From the NCBI GenBank assembly GCA_040217195.1, contig JAVJNR010000003.1:608001-672000 (forward strand): DNA of 64,000 bases, written 5' to 3'. The position numbers and the translations under genes are program-made. The notes under the pieces are model-generated. The model searched no databases. It saw nothing but the letters and a program-made list of their open reading frames with translations, and was not told where the DNA came from. Positions 1 to 10,656 of the stretch are shown piece after piece (within the stretch, counting starts at the first letter, position 1; each line of letters opens with the position of its first letter). Origin of the DNA: Leptospiraceae bacterium (GTDB lineage: Bacteria; Spirochaetota; Leptospiria; Leptospirales; Leptonemataceae).

Positions 1-850
1 GATGGATCCAAAATACAGTTTCCAGAGTTTCCACCGTTTTTCGCAGCTGATCCGGTGATGCGACGCTCTGACCAGAATAACCCAGACCCAGATAAACGAT
101 CAAGCTCAGTAGTAGAGCAGGAGCCGTAGTATACACCATGTTTCGAATATGGGCGAATAGATCCACTCCTGCCATGGAAGCCGCAAGGTTTGTGGTCTCA
201 GAAAAAGGAGACATCTTATCGCCAAAATAGGCACCGGAGACCACTGCACCGGCTGTCATGGCAGGATCCATGCCCAGGGCCTGGCCTACACCCACCAGGG
301 CCACTCCTACAGTGCCTGCTGTTGACCAGGAACTTCCAGTAACAAGAGACACTAAAGCAGCCAGAATACAGGCAGAGAAAAAAAAGATAGATGGATTCAA
401 TAAAGCGATGCCCCAGACGATAAGGGCCGGAACAACTCCTGAAAGGATCCAGACTCCAATCAGAGCACCTATTAGTAAAAGAATTAGTATGGCTGGAAGC
501 ACCTCTGTAATGGTATTCAGTATACTGTTTTCTAATTTCTTCCATCCACCGGCCAGAGTGAACGGATGCAAAGCACTTGAATCCGGATAGTCTCGATCAG
601 CAGGAACCTTCGCATTAACGCCCCCAGAGACAGCCTCATTCATACCATGGGAATCTACCGCATCCTTACCGTCTTCTCGCGCACGATAAAGACCATGAGC
701 CAGAGACAGTAGTCCGGCGAAGAAACCTGCCAGTATGAGTACTACCTGGGACGGTCCCGAGGTTGCATCTTCGCCGGAAATCCATACTACAGAAAGCAAA
801 CCGGCAATGAGGAAAAGTACCGGAATTAAGGAAAGCCACAATGAAGGCAT
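1..850 (-). CDS. nhaC: Na+/H+ antiporter, NhaC family (partial, runs off the window's left edge)
   Basis: Not in the ORF track. Manual translation from the ATG at 850 gives MPSLWLSLIPVLFLIAG... and the NhaC motifs GSSWSTAGTVGVA and SGAYFGDKMSPFSETTNLA. Confidence 0.88.
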   Translation of the reverse strand, partial: MPSLWLSLIPVLFLIAGLLSVVWISGEDATSGPSQVVLILAGFFAGLLSLAHGLYRAREDGKDAVDSHGMNEAVSGGVNAKVPADRDYPDSSALHPFTLAGGWKKLENSILNTITEVLPAILILLLIGALIGVWILSGVVPALIVWGIALLNPSIFFFSACILAALVSLVTGSSWSTAGTVGVALVGVGQALGMDPAMTAGAVVSGAYFGDKMSPFSETTNLAASMAGVDLFAHIRNMVYTTAPALLLSLIVYLGLGYSGQSVASPDQLRKTVETLETVFWIH

Positions 851-859
851 TCTAAACCC

Positions 860-2242
860 TTAAAGTCGATTTAGTCCATTTAGCGCGGCCACACGATAAG
901 CTTCTGCCATCGTCGGATAGTTGAATGTTGTATGAACGAAATATTCCACGTCATTGCCGTTTCCTGGTTGCTCCATGATGGCCTGGCCAATGTGCAAAAT
1001 CTCTGCTGCCTGATACCCGAAGCAGTGTATGCCCAGAATTTCTCTGGTTTCTCTATGGAACAAGAGCTTTAGCATCCCAACTTCGTAGCCCGTTATCTGT
1101 GCACGAGCCAGGCTTTTAAAAAATGCATGGCCTACTTCGTAAGGAACCTTTTCTTCGGTGAGCTCTCGCTCTGTTTTACCCAGGGAACTGATTTCAGGAC
1201 TGGTGTAGATGCCGGTTGGAATCTTCTCTGGTAGCAAAGGCGGTAGATCCTCTCCAACAAGATGGGACACCGCGGCCCTTCCCTGATCGTAGGAGGCGCT
1301 GGCAAGACTGGGATAGCCCACGACATCGCCCACTGCATAGATATTGGACTTTGTAGTGAGGTAGTAATCGTCTGTTTTAATGTAGCCCCGATGATCAATC
1401 TCAAGGCCCAGACTCTCCAGACCCATATCGCCGGAATTACCGCTACGCCCATTGGCCCAGAAAAGCACATCGGATCGAATTTCTTTGCCGGACTTCAGCT
1501 GTAAAACCACGGAATCGGGCTCCGCGACCAGGTCTTCGAATTCCTCGTTGTGTCGTATTAGAACCCCTTGCTGACGCAAATGATAGCTCAATGCATCGAT
1601 TATCTCATCGTCCAGAAAGGATAGTAATTTATCCCTGGTATTGATGAGGTTCACTTTCATTCCCATGTTACGGAAGATTGAGGCGTACTCGCAGCCAATG
1701 ACTCCAGCACCGTAGATGGTGATGGTGCGTGGCGTTCGTTCCATTTCCAGTATTGTATCGCTATCTCGAATCAGTGCATGACTGAAATCAAGATTGTCCG
1801 GCCGGTACGGACGAGAGCCGGTGGCGATCACAAATGATTTTCCTTTTAGTTCTCTGGGAGCCCGATCTTCCGAATGCACTTCTATAGTATTGGAATCCAG
1901 GAATCTAGCCCTGCCCGTAAATCGATCCACATTGTTTCGATCATAGAAATCCTTTCGCATTTCAGATTGAGAACGAATAACTCCACGGGCGCTGCTTAGT
2001 AGTTCCGGCAACTCAAGCGTAAACTGATCCAGATGATTTCGAAAGAGTGGATTTCGACGAAATTCCACATAGTTGTGCATATACTGGCGCAGGGCCTTGC
2101 TGGGAATGGTGCCTTGATGGGTACAGCTTCCGCCTGGATCCTTTCTAGAATCTACAAGGGCGACCCTGAGGCCGCTCTTGGTACCTTTCATGGCGGCCCC
2201 TTCGCCTCCTGGGCCGCTTCCGACGACGATAAGATCGTACAT
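860..2242 (-). CDS. sthA: Soluble pyridine nucleotide transhydrogenase
   Basis: FAD motif [22 protein letters not shown] is the SthA-type CxxxxT motif with no redox disulfide. C-terminus [21 protein letters not shown]. Confidence 0.93.
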   Translation of the reverse strand: MYDLIVVGSGPGGEGAAMKGTKSGLRVALVDSRKDPGGSCTHQGTIPSKALRQYMHNYVEFRRNPLFRNHLDQFTLELPELLSSARGVIRSQSEMRKDFYDRNNVDRFTGRARFLDSNTIEVHSEDRAPRELKGKSFVIATGSRPYRPDNLDFSHALIRDSDTILEMERTPRTITIYGAGVIGCEYASIFRNMGMKVNLINTRDKLLSFLDDEIIDALSYHLRQQGVLIRHNEEFEDLVAEPDSVVLQLKSGKEIRSDVLFWANGRSGNSGDMGLESLGLEIDHRGYIKTDDYYLTTKSNIYAVGDVVGYPSLASASYDQGRAAVSHLVGEDLPPLLPEKIPTGIYTSPEISSLGKTERELTEEKVPYEVGHAFFKSLARAQITGYEVGMLKLLFHRETREILGIHCFGYQAAEILHIGQAIMEQPGNGNDVEYFVHTTFNYPTMAEAYRVAALNGLNRL

Positions 2243-2247
2243 CGAAT

Positions 2248-3360
2248 TTAGAATTCTATACCAGATACCTGACTTTCTGGATAAGCTACCTGTCCATTGA
2301 GAGTATAAACGTAATAGGTTCCACCTACCTGAATGACAACTCCAGAAACACGAGCTCCATTGTTCAGGACCAGGGTCTCGGAAGGCTTATTGAATACCTT
2401 TTCAATTCGCTTCATCAGCTTTCCCTGGTTCTGGTTATTCCTTTCGGTTACAACCTGGGAAACATCATCGCCTTTTAGCTTTTCCTTTTCGATGCGAATC
2501 AGCTCATTGTATTCTTCCAGTTTTTCCTTTTTCAAAGGCTCAGGAATATCCTCCGGCACTACAGGAGTGGTTTGTTCAACCGCTTTCCTGATCGATTCCT
2601 CTTTTGGAGCTACAGACTCATCCAGAGTTCTGGCCACTTCCTGGGCCTTTTTGGGATCTCCGCTGGATTGAGCTTCCATGGCCTTTCTGGCAGCTTCCTC
2701 TACTTCCGGGGAAACCTTCACTGCTTGAATCTCAATCTTTTTGCCTGGTTCAAGTACTACTTCTTTTTGCTTCAATCCTTCTACAGAGTCGTGAACTATG
2801 CGAGATCGCTCTCTTACATCTGGAGGTAAGTTCTCCAGAGCAGGAATCCTGGGCCGACTGGATACTTTTCCTTCCAGAACTTCGATAGAGGTGGAATCCG
2901 CATTTACAGAAACTTCAAATTTGGTTCCTCGAACCGAAGCGACCGCAGTAGGACTGGTGGTGCGAAAATCCTCACCTTGAGTGATCTTATCCAGATCAAA
3001 CATTCCATTTCCCTTCTTAAGTTCGGCCAGAATTTCTTTCTTCTCACCGAACTGTCGGCCAGAAAGTGTAAGCTCGGAATTCGATTTGAGGCGAATCATG
3101 GCAGATGTTTCGCTACCCCTTACCTGTAGATCGCAAAAACTGTTGGGACCTGTTTTCAATAGTTGGCCGGACTTTATTATGGATCCTGATCGAATCGCCT
3201 GGCCATCGGCACTGACCTGACCGGTAGCCAGCAATACCACAGCGGTAACATCCATTTCCTGGCCCGGTTCTGGTAAATCGCTACCGGACTCAAATAGCCC
3301 ACATCCTAAAGAAACGGTAAAAGCAAATAATGACGAAATGGCCATCAAACGAGAAAGCAT
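2248..3360 (-). CDS. FecR-domain lipoprotein (LipL45-like)
   Basis: Lipobox SLGC; FecR motif [17 protein letters not shown]...VLEGKV; RBS AGGAG upstream. Confidence 0.75.
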   Translation of the reverse strand: MLSRLMAISSLFAFTVSLGCGLFESGSDLPEPGQEMDVTAVVLLATGQVSADGQAIRSGSIIKSGQLLKTGPNSFCDLQVRGSETSAMIRLKSNSELTLSGRQFGEKKEILAELKKGNGMFDLDKITQGEDFRTTSPTAVASVRGTKFEVSVNADSTSIEVLEGKVSSRPRIPALENLPPDVRERSRIVHDSVEGLKQKEVVLEPGKKIEIQAVKVSPEVEEAARKAMEAQSSGDPKKAQEVARTLDESVAPKEESIRKAVEQTTPVVPEDIPEPLKKEKLEEYNELIRIEKEKLKGDDVSQVVTERNNQNQGKLMKRIEKVFNKPSETLVLNNGARVSGVVIQVGGTYYVYTLNGQVAYPESQVSGIEF

Positions 3361-3538
3361 AGATTACTCCTGGCAGGCATAGGTTCCCTGCTCAACCACG
3401 AGTAAGGCCAATCCCCTAAAGGAATCAAGAAGAAAAATACTTGTTTACGAAAGGCCTCACGGGCTAAGCAGTCACGATCGCTCAAGCACAATGGGCAGCC
3501 TTGTTGTCCAAGTCAAGGTGGTTGAGAGGAGGAAACAG

Positions 3539-3844
3539 TTGAAAAAATCGATCCTATTTATTGTAGCGTCGCTATTTTTGCTTGGTAGCTGCGCAAGTGG
3601 TGGCATTGGACCTCAGGGAGGCATCTTTACCAGTACAACGATTGGAATCTATGGCACATCTCCTAACGGAACTCAAAGAGGGGAAGCCTGTGCTCAGAGC
3701 TATTTTGGTCTGGTAGCACTTGGTGATGCATCCGTTGGTGCTGCAGCCAATGCAGGGGGCATCAGCTCTGTTCAATCCATTGACATCGAAGTATTTAGCC
3801 TGCTGGTATACGCTCAGGCCTGCACCGTAGTCAGGGGGAACTAA
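3539..3844 (+). CDS. TRL-like family lipoprotein
   Basis: TTG start after GAGGAGG; lipobox LGSC; GEACxxSYFGLVALGDASVxAA...CTVVRG signature. Confidence 0.8.
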   Translation: MKKSILFIVASLFLLGSCASGGIGPQGGIFTSTTIGIYGTSPNGTQRGEACAQSYFGLVALGDASVGAAANAGGISSVQSIDIEVFSLLVYAQACTVVRGN

Positions 3845-4167
3845 TGCGAATCCAGACACTGATTTTGACGGGAGCCCTGGTTCTGATGATGCCAGCATGT
3901 TTTGCAACTCAGTTCGGGATTCCCTCATTTGTGAATATAATCAATAATGGAGGGGTAGGACGCTCGGGTAATGCAGAGTCGCCTGACATGGTCACCGGTA
4001 AAGCCTGCGCCACCAGTTATCTTGGTTATTTTGCCATTGGCGACGCTTCGGTTCGGGCCGCTGCTCGTGAAGAAGGAATCAATGAAATCGCCAGCGTAAG
4101 CCACACTACAGAAGGTGCTCTTGGTATTATGGCCGAGTATTGCACCATCGTAAGGGGGTGGAAATGA
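3844..4167 (+). CDS. TRL-like family lipoprotein
   Basis: GKACATSYLGYFAIGDASVRAAA...CTIVRG; start overlaps the previous stop (TAATG). Confidence 0.8.
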   Translation: MRIQTLILTGALVLMMPACFATQFGIPSFVNIINNGGVGRSGNAESPDMVTGKACATSYLGYFAIGDASVRAAAREEGINEIASVSHTTEGALGIMAEYCTIVRGWK

Positions 4168-4706
4168 AATTAGCAAAAAACCTGGTACGCATATCCATGC
4201 TGGCTATTGCCTCTAGCCTCTTTGCCCAGTGTATGTTCATTGGACATCCAGCAGGCCAGGGGCCTATGGGTGGGTTGTTTCAGCAAACAACTATCGCGGG
4301 AAGTGGCAACGACTTGACCATCCCACAGACCCATGTCGGTGAAGCCTGCACGAAGAGAATCTTTCTGTATTTCATTGGCTGGACCTGGGATGAAGCAACC
4401 GTAGCGGCTGCCGCTGAAAATGGCGGAGTAACTAGAATCAGCACTGTGGATACAACTCAGCTAAATGTTCTGACGATCTACTCGCAGCAATGTACAATTG
4501 TGAAAGGCGATAACAAGAATGTTAGCCGCGGAAATACAAACAGACCTGGTCCTGGTTTCAGCGATACTGTGATCATGCGAGATGGCACGGTACACCGAAA
4601 CGTAAAGACTATTATTCAGGGCAACCTAATAAACATAATCAAACCTGATGGAACAAGTCTTACTGTTCCTAAAACTCAGGTTCGAACGGTCCGAAAAGGA
4701 CGATAA
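4164..4706 (+). CDS. TRL-like family lipoprotein with extra C-terminal beta domain
   Basis: ATGA overlap with the previous gene; GEACTK...ATVAAAAENGG...CTIVKG core plus about 60 extra residues. Confidence 0.75.
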   Translation: MKLAKNLVRISMLAIASSLFAQCMFIGHPAGQGPMGGLFQQTTIAGSGNDLTIPQTHVGEACTKRIFLYFIGWTWDEATVAAAAENGGVTRISTVDTTQLNVLTIYSQQCTIVKGDNKNVSRGNTNRPGPGFSDTVIMRDGTVHRNVKTIIQGNLINIIKPDGTSLTVPKTQVRTVRKGR

Positions 4707-4716
4707 CCTCAATCAG

Positions 4717-4743
4717 ACAGGGCCTCTGGGCCCTGTTCCTTTC
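4717..4743 (+). terminator. Probable intrinsic terminator after the TRL operon
   Basis: ACAGGGCC-TCTG-GGCCCTGT 8-bp stem followed by a pyrimidine-rich tail, between convergent genes. Confidence 0.65.
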
Positions 4744-4790
4744 TGCCATTCAATCTGTATCATTACACCCCTGGATAGTTTAACCTGGCA

Positions 4791-5732
4791 TTAGCCGGAT
4801 ACCCAGCCCTCAAATACGATATTGGCCGGACCCTTCATCTGAATTCGACCTTTTTGTAGCGAAAGCTCCAGCTGACCTCCGCGGAGCTCTACAGTGAGTT
4901 CGTCTATTTCATTACCCTCCAAAAGCGCTTTCGCACGGGCCGCTATGAAAGCTGCACAGGCACCGCTTCCACAACTCAGGGTTTCTCCTGAGCCGCGTTC
5001 AAAGGTTCGCTGCCGTATGGTAGTCTGGTCCTTCCATTCAATGAACTCTACATTGACTCTTTCTGGAAAAGCCGGATGATGCTCCAGCCCCGGGCCCAGC
5101 GCTCGTAAATCCAGACCGTCCAGGCCACCGAGTTCATGCTCTTCTAGATCAATGACGAAATGCGGATTTCCCATAGATAGGGTATAACCCTGCCAGCTAT
5201 TGTTTTCCGATTCAATTTGTATCCTGGCAGGAATGATCCTTCCTTTCTCAGACTCTCTTAGCAGGGACGCCTGGACCTGGGCAAATGGAATCAGATCTGT
5301 ATTCAGGAGAGGAGGCCCCATATCCACTGATATCAGAAACTCTTCTGCGGACTCTTCAAGATTACATTCGTAGGTATGATCCCCCGTTTCCAGAAAAAAG
5401 TGGAAGCGTCTGGATTCCCGGTGCATCAATAGAGCCACACTTCGAAGCGCATTTCCACACATATGCGAAGGGCTTCCATCGCCGTTCCACATGTACATCC
5501 TGGCAGCCGAATCTCCCGTGGGAGGAGCGACCAGCACCACACCATCGCCACCAATTCCAAAGTGTCGGTCACTGATCCGTCGGATATTGGACTCTGTTAG
5601 CCAGTGAAGAATCTCATCGGTTCTTTTTCGGTCAAAGTCTCCCGTAGAACTTAAATAGGGGCCGAAATAGACATAGTCATTTCCGGTTGCTTCCATTTTG
5701 CGAAAGTGGATTGGCTCATGGGCATTTCGCAT
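4791..5732 (-). CDS. dapF: Diaminopimelate epimerase
   Basis: FRKMEATGNDY, DRHFGIGGDG, MCGNALR, SMGNPH, ERGSGETLSCGSG; both catalytic Cys present. Start trimmed to the ATG at 5732. Confidence 0.93.
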   Translation of the reverse strand: MRNAHEPIHFRKMEATGNDYVYFGPYLSSTGDFDRKRTDEILHWLTESNIRRISDRHFGIGGDGVVLVAPPTGDSAARMYMWNGDGSPSHMCGNALRSVALLMHRESRRFHFFLETGDHTYECNLEESAEEFLISVDMGPPLLNTDLIPFAQVQASLLRESEKGRIIPARIQIESENNSWQGYTLSMGNPHFVIDLEEHELGGLDGLDLRALGPGLEHHPAFPERVNVEFIEWKDQTTIRQRTFERGSGETLSCGSGACAAFIAARAKALLEGNEIDELTVELRGGQLELSLQKGRIQMKGPANIVFEGWVSG

Positions 5733-5843
5733 GCTGTCAATTGAATAGCAAAATCCGAAAAAGAAAGACATTTTTGGCCCGGGTAAGGCTGCTTCCTGTA
5801 CTAATTTGTAGAACGCCTATTTGGATTCAAACAGTAAAGGGTT

Positions 5844-6905
5844 ATGAAGCCTGCCGAAGTCAATACCGCCAAGCCAGACCTGGAAGATGCCTATCAAAGA
5901 TACCAGACTCACCGATGCACAGATAGCTTCGTTTCCGAATCCTTCTTATGGATGATGAGCTACTCTCGCCGGTTAAATGCAGATCCGGATCTTTGCCAGG
6001 ATTTTCTGCTGCAATTTGTGGAAAAGCTACCCCGCTTTCTTGACTCCTTTTCCAGACGCCCACGTTCAAGATTCACCGGATATCTGGCCCGATGTATGCG
6101 CTTTGACTTCATGAATTTTATCCGAAAAGTGAAGAAATATGAGCCTGCTCAGTGTGATCTGCCGGTGGAGAATTTCAGATATGTACAGGACCAAACCACC
6201 AGTTGGAACTCCTCTTTGAGTTTTGCCTTGCAACAGGTGCGGCCCTCACACAGAATCCCGGTGAAGATACAGTGCGGATGGCCATTGAACCTGGCAGAGC
6301 TAAGACATTTAACTCTCCGCCATGGTGTTCAGAATGCTTCTGAGCTTCTTCGCGTATTTCAGCTCAGACTGCGCCATCAGGAGGAATGGAAGCGAAGGCA
6401 TAAACATAAGATGAGCCTTTATTTTGACAGATTGCATCGGGGGCACAGAGGCAGAGATTACCGGGGCATCCGTCGTAGGCTGGAACATGAGCGCCAAAGG
6501 GGGTCTTCCACTGTCATGAGTCTCCGAGAGATCTCAAGCTATTTGAATGTGAGCAAGGCAGCCCTTCATCGGCGGGTGGCCATGGGACGGCGGGCTCTCA
6601 GAGCCCTTCTTCAGCAATTGCCCGAAAGCGCTCCATCCGTTCCAGGCTCTCTGGATGCTGGCTTTCTGGGAAACCCCTATCCCAGGGTCCTGTATCAATT
6701 CACGGCGGTGCAAGATCGATATTTCCTGGTGGTGGAGCCTGTAAAAAATCTTGAACCTGTGGGGATTTCGCTTTACAGTCAAAATAGACTATGCTATAAC
6801 CTTGGTCTTTCAGGTGCACTTGCATTCCCGTTGCACCTTTTTGTACCCGGGAAATATTTGCTAGAGACAGCCGGGGAAATGCTAAGGTTCAAATTATCCG
6901 TATGA
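5844..6905 (+). CDS. Atypical sigma-70-like factor with region-4 insertion and C-terminal extension
   Basis: Region-2-like DLCQDFLLQF...FTGYLARCMRFDFMNFIRK and HTH-like MSLREISSYLNVSKAALHRRV. Confidence 0.6.
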   Translation: MKPAEVNTAKPDLEDAYQRYQTHRCTDSFVSESFLWMMSYSRRLNADPDLCQDFLLQFVEKLPRFLDSFSRRPRSRFTGYLARCMRFDFMNFIRKVKKYEPAQCDLPVENFRYVQDQTTSWNSSLSFALQQVRPSHRIPVKIQCGWPLNLAELRHLTLRHGVQNASELLRVFQLRLRHQEEWKRRHKHKMSLYFDRLHRGHRGRDYRGIRRRLEHERQRGSSTVMSLREISSYLNVSKAALHRRVAMGRRALRALLQQLPESAPSVPGSLDAGFLGNPYPRVLYQFTAVQDRYFLVVEPVKNLEPVGISLYSQNRLCYNLGLSGALAFPLHLFVPGKYLLETAGEMLRFKLSV

Positions 6906-7243
6906 AAGTAAAGGTTACCACCAGGGGCGAAGTGAACATCGTTAAGATCGAAGGAGCCATCAAGTCAGGGGACGAGTATAACCTGGCCGAAAAGATGGAG
7001 AAGTACATCAAGCCCAACGCAGCACCCAAATTCATTATCGATATGAAGAAAGTGCCCTTCATCAACTCAGCAGCCCTGGGTTTGTTTCTTAACATTTTTA
7101 AGCATGTGGACTACCTTAAAGGCCGCATGGTATTCGCCGGGCTCAATTCTGACGTAGAAAATCTAATGGAAATAACCAAGCTTACTTCCGTTTTTGAGAT
7201 CTTCAAATCCGTAGAAGAGGCCCTGGAAAGTTACGATTTCTAA
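6902..7243 (+). CDS. STAS-domain anti-sigma factor antagonist
   Basis: IIDMKKVPFINSAALG (phospho-Ser motif) and ITKLTSVFEIFKSVEEAL. Confidence 0.9.
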   Translation: MKVKVTTRGEVNIVKIEGAIKSGDEYNLAEKMEKYIKPNAAPKFIIDMKKVPFINSAALGLFLNIFKHVDYLKGRMVFAGLNSDVENLMEITKLTSVFEIFKSVEEALESYDF

Positions 7244-7336
7244 TTGGTGCCGGCGCAGGCTACTTCGGTGGCGCTACTATGGGCCCTGGCCTGGCAGATG
7301 CTCCTTTCAGGATTTTGCACCCGCTAGACTACCCTT

Positions 7337-8272
7337 CTATTTGAAGAAAAACCGACCGCTTGCTGGATCGTAATAAAGCCTACCACTGCCCGGTGAATTG
7401 TCATTTCCTGGAGGCCCGTCCTCTGGAGGTTTTCGATTGGGCTCCTCGAATCGATCTGTCTCTCCCATGGGATTGATTTCTTTAACTCTCCTGCCTTCTG
7501 GCGGGGCTCCAGGGCCAGCGGCCCCGGATTGACGCTGTCGCATTAACTCCTGCATCATTCTAAGAACCTGTTCTTCAGGCCCGGTGGTATGGGATGGTCC
7601 CGTCCTTCGGGAACCGCCCATGCGAAACCCGCCACCCACATCTGGTCCAGGGTCCATCCGCTCCTCTTTGGAGGGAGCCAGAGCAAGCCAGGTAAAAAGC
7701 ACTCCACCAATGAGCCCACCAAGATGTCCAAGGTGTGAAAGCCCTTGGGCCTGGCTCGTCAGGGCCAGCAAAAGGGATCCGACCCCAAAAATAATGGCTG
7801 CAGTGCGGGCTTTCACCGGAAAAAAGAAAAGTAATAGCTTGGCTCTCGGAAAGAACACAGCCAGGGCTCCCAGCAGACCCACGACCGCCCCGGATGCACC
7901 AATGGTTGGATTCCCAAGGTCACTTTGAAAGGCCACTACGAATAAGGCCCCCATGAGGCCAGATACAAAATACAGCACAAAGAATTTCGCGGATCCAACC
8001 TTGTGTTCGATGGGAGAGCCCAGAGACCACAGCGCGATCATATTAAAGGCGATATGAATAATGTTCCCATGAAGGAACATACTGCTAACAGGCTGCCATA
8101 CGGAACCGGTCCAGAAATCCACAGGCACCAGCCCAAAAACCTGAAATACCTGGTGACCAACGCTACCCGGACTAAATGCTATAAATTCGCCGGATAAGAG
8201 ACAGAGCGCAAGGTGAATCGCCACATTGATTCCAACCAGGGTCCGGGTCACAGGTGCTCGAAAAACACTCAT
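7337..8272 (-). CDS. Rhomboid intramembrane serine protease with long C-terminal tail
   Basis: FLHGNIIHIAFNM, catalytic GASG, and HLGHLGG. Confidence 0.9.
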   Translation of the reverse strand: MSVFRAPVTRTLVGINVAIHLALCLLSGEFIAFSPGSVGHQVFQVFGLVPVDFWTGSVWQPVSSMFLHGNIIHIAFNMIALWSLGSPIEHKVGSAKFFVLYFVSGLMGALFVVAFQSDLGNPTIGASGAVVGLLGALAVFFPRAKLLLFFFPVKARTAAIIFGVGSLLLALTSQAQGLSHLGHLGGLIGGVLFTWLALAPSKEERMDPGPDVGGGFRMGGSRRTGPSHTTGPEEQVLRMMQELMRQRQSGAAGPGAPPEGRRVKEINPMGETDRFEEPNRKPPEDGPPGNDNSPGSGRLYYDPASGRFFFK

Positions 8273-8379
8273 TGCTTCCAGAAAAGTCAGGATATCGCCA
8301 ATCACAAATAAAAATTACGAAAATTTCACTCTTCCGTTTGCATTTGACACCTGCCCGGCGCGATAACACAGAGAAAACC

Positions 8380-10656
8380 ATGGCACTACCGGCAAAATCC
8401 CGATGGATTCGTATACCTTCCCTGATCTTTATATGGCTGGGAGCCCTGGTCTTTATTGGCTTAATTGTAAGAACCCATCGAATTAGATATATTCCGGACC
8501 CGGCAGCTGTAACAGAGCTGGAGCGGCAGGCCAAACGGGTCACTATTCGTCGAGACGATTTTGGAGTACCGCATATCCATGGAAAAACCGAACGGGATGT
8601 AGCTTTTGGACTGGCCTACGCTCATGCAGAGGACGATTTTTCAACCATCCAGGCAGTGGTAGCAGCCTCCAGGGGAGAATTATCCAGATTACTACTTTCT
8701 AAAACATCGCTTCAGAATGATTTTTATGCCGGGATGTTTCGCATCAATGAGCGAACTGAAGAAACCTACGAAGCTCAAATTTCGCCAGAATTAAAAAGTG
8801 TTTTTCAGGGCTACGCCGATGGACTGAATTATTATGCCGCTCGCCATCCAGAGAAGGTGGATGCAAGATTCTTTCCGGTACATGCCATAGATCTGGCACG
8901 GGGATTTGTTCATAAAATCCCACTGTTCGTAGGAACCGGTCAGGAACTGGGAAAAGCCCTGGCGGCCGAACCCAGGCAGGATGTTTCGGATAACGAGCAG
9001 TCCGGTCAGAAAAATGAGACTGGCTTACGGCAACCGCTGAAAGCAAAACAAGTCATAGAGAAACACAAGACGAAAGATGATTCCGTCCAGGATTGGTACG
9101 AAGCCTATGCTATGGTGGCCAGCAATGCCCATGCGGTGTCCAGAAATCGCTCAGCGGATGGAATCCACAGATTAAATGTTAACTCCCATCAACCCTGGGA
9201 TGGACCGGTTGCCTGGTATGAGGCGCATCTGCGAAGCGAAGACGGATTTGAGATGTATGGTGCTACATTTCCAGGTAGCCCATTGATTTTCGTTGGCCAC
9301 AATACAACCCTGGGATGGACCCATACAGTCAATACTCCGGACCTGGTGGATCTGTTTAGACTGGAAACCAATTCCGAGAATAGTAAATACACATTGGATG
9401 GGAAGCAACTAGAACTGAAGAAAAGAAATATAGATCTTACCCTGGATCTATTCTTCTTCGAAATCTCAGTAAGCCGCACAGTATTCGATACAGTATTCGG
9501 TCCGGCCCTGGAAACAGACACTGGAATTGTTGCGGTAAGAGTGGCCGGTCTGGAAAAACATGCAGCTTCTGCAGAACAATGGTATCGCATGGCAAAAGCC
9601 AGCAGCTTCGCAGAATGGACATCTGCCATGGAAATGCAGTCCATGCCCATGTTTCATACTGTGTATGCTGATGCCCGAAACATCGCCTACGTTTACAATG
9701 CAAAACTGCCCGTGCGAAAGCCAGGTCCGGACTATTCAGGCATTGTTCCTGGAAATAGCAGGGAACTTCTCTGGACAAACTATCTAGATTACGATGATCT
9801 TCCAGCAGTCATCAATCCTCCATCTGGCTTTGTTCAGAACTGCAATTCCACTCCATTTTATACCACCAGCACTCCGTATAATCCATCTGTTCAGGACAAT
9901 TCGCAATACAGCTACATAGAAAGCCGACTGACCAATCGGGCCCTGCGCTCCCTGGAGCTATTTGGCTCCGATTCATCCATATCCAGAGAGGAGTTCCTTC
10001 GGTATAAATTTGATCGGGTTTACCATCCTTCAGCTCCTATCTACCAGGAGGCGGTCTATCCGGTTCTGGAACGGTTTAAACCTGAAAATGCGCTGGAAAA
10101 GCAGGCTCTTGAAGTGCTCCGAAACTGGGATGGCACCGCCCATCCAGAAAGCGAAGGAGCGATGCTGGCCCTTCTCACCTGGAGACCTATCTGGAAAGCA
10201 CTGGTGATTGAGCGGAAATCACCGGACCAGACACCAGATCCGGTGGATACCTTTCGTCAGGCTCTGGATTATTTGCTGGATACAGGTACATTAACAGATC
10301 CATTGCATAGTCGCCAGAAGTTAATCCGAGGCGATACGGTGCTGGGCATGGGTGGAGGACCCGATGTATTAAACGCTATGCATATGAAGGATCTGGAAGG
10401 CTGGCAAAGCTGGACTCATCCGGAATGGCAAAAAATCTATGCCGGGGACTCCTTCATCCTGCTCGTGGAGTTTACCCCGGATGGGATACAATCTTTCGCC
10501 GCCCAGCCTTACGGAAGTAGCATGAATCCTGAGTCTTCCCATTACGATGACCAGGCTCCTATGTTTCAGAAACGGATTCTGCGAAGAACATACCTCTCGG
10601 AAGAAGAAATTAAGTTTCGTACCCGGAAGAGTTATCATCCAGGACAGGAGAATTGA
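8380..10656 (+). CDS. Penicillin/AHL acylase family Ntn-hydrolase
   Basis: VTIRRDDFGVPHI, FGLAYAHAED, nucleophile ASNAHAV, NSHQPW, GWTHTVN; N-terminal TM anchor. Confidence 0.88.
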   Translation: MALPAKSRWIRIPSLIFIWLGALVFIGLIVRTHRIRYIPDPAAVTELERQAKRVTIRRDDFGVPHIHGKTERDVAFGLAYAHAEDDFSTIQAVVAASRGELSRLLLSKTSLQNDFYAGMFRINERTEETYEAQISPELKSVFQGYADGLNYYAARHPEKVDARFFPVHAIDLARGFVHKIPLFVGTGQELGKALAAEPRQDVSDNEQSGQKNETGLRQPLKAKQVIEKHKTKDDSVQDWYEAYAMVASNAHAVSRNRSADGIHRLNVNSHQPWDGPVAWYEAHLRSEDGFEMYGATFPGSPLIFVGHNTTLGWTHTVNTPDLVDLFRLETNSENSKYTLDGKQLELKKRNIDLTLDLFFFEISVSRTVFDTVFGPALETDTGIVAVRVAGLEKHAASAEQWYRMAKASSFAEWTSAMEMQSMPMFHTVYADARNIAYVYNAKLPVRKPGPDYSGIVPGNSRELLWTNYLDYDDLPAVINPPSGFVQNCNSTPFYTTSTPYNPSVQDNSQYSYIESRLTNRALRSLELFGSDSSISREEFLRYKFDRVYHPSAPIYQEAVYPVLERFKPENALEKQALEVLRNWDGTAHPESEGAMLALLTWRPIWKALVIERKSPDQTPDPVDTFRQALDYLLDTGTLTDPLHSRQKLIRGDTVLGMGGGPDVLNAMHMKDLEGWQSWTHPEWQKIYAGDSFILLVEFTPDGIQSFAAQPYGSSMNPESSHYDDQAPMFQKRILRRTYLSEEEIKFRTRKSYHPGQEN

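Noticed and set aside
216..590. Short ORFs 216..545 (-) and 258..590 (+)
   Set aside because: Alternative-frame or antisense shadows of nhaC. The same applies to the many short ORFs nested inside well-supported genes across the window.
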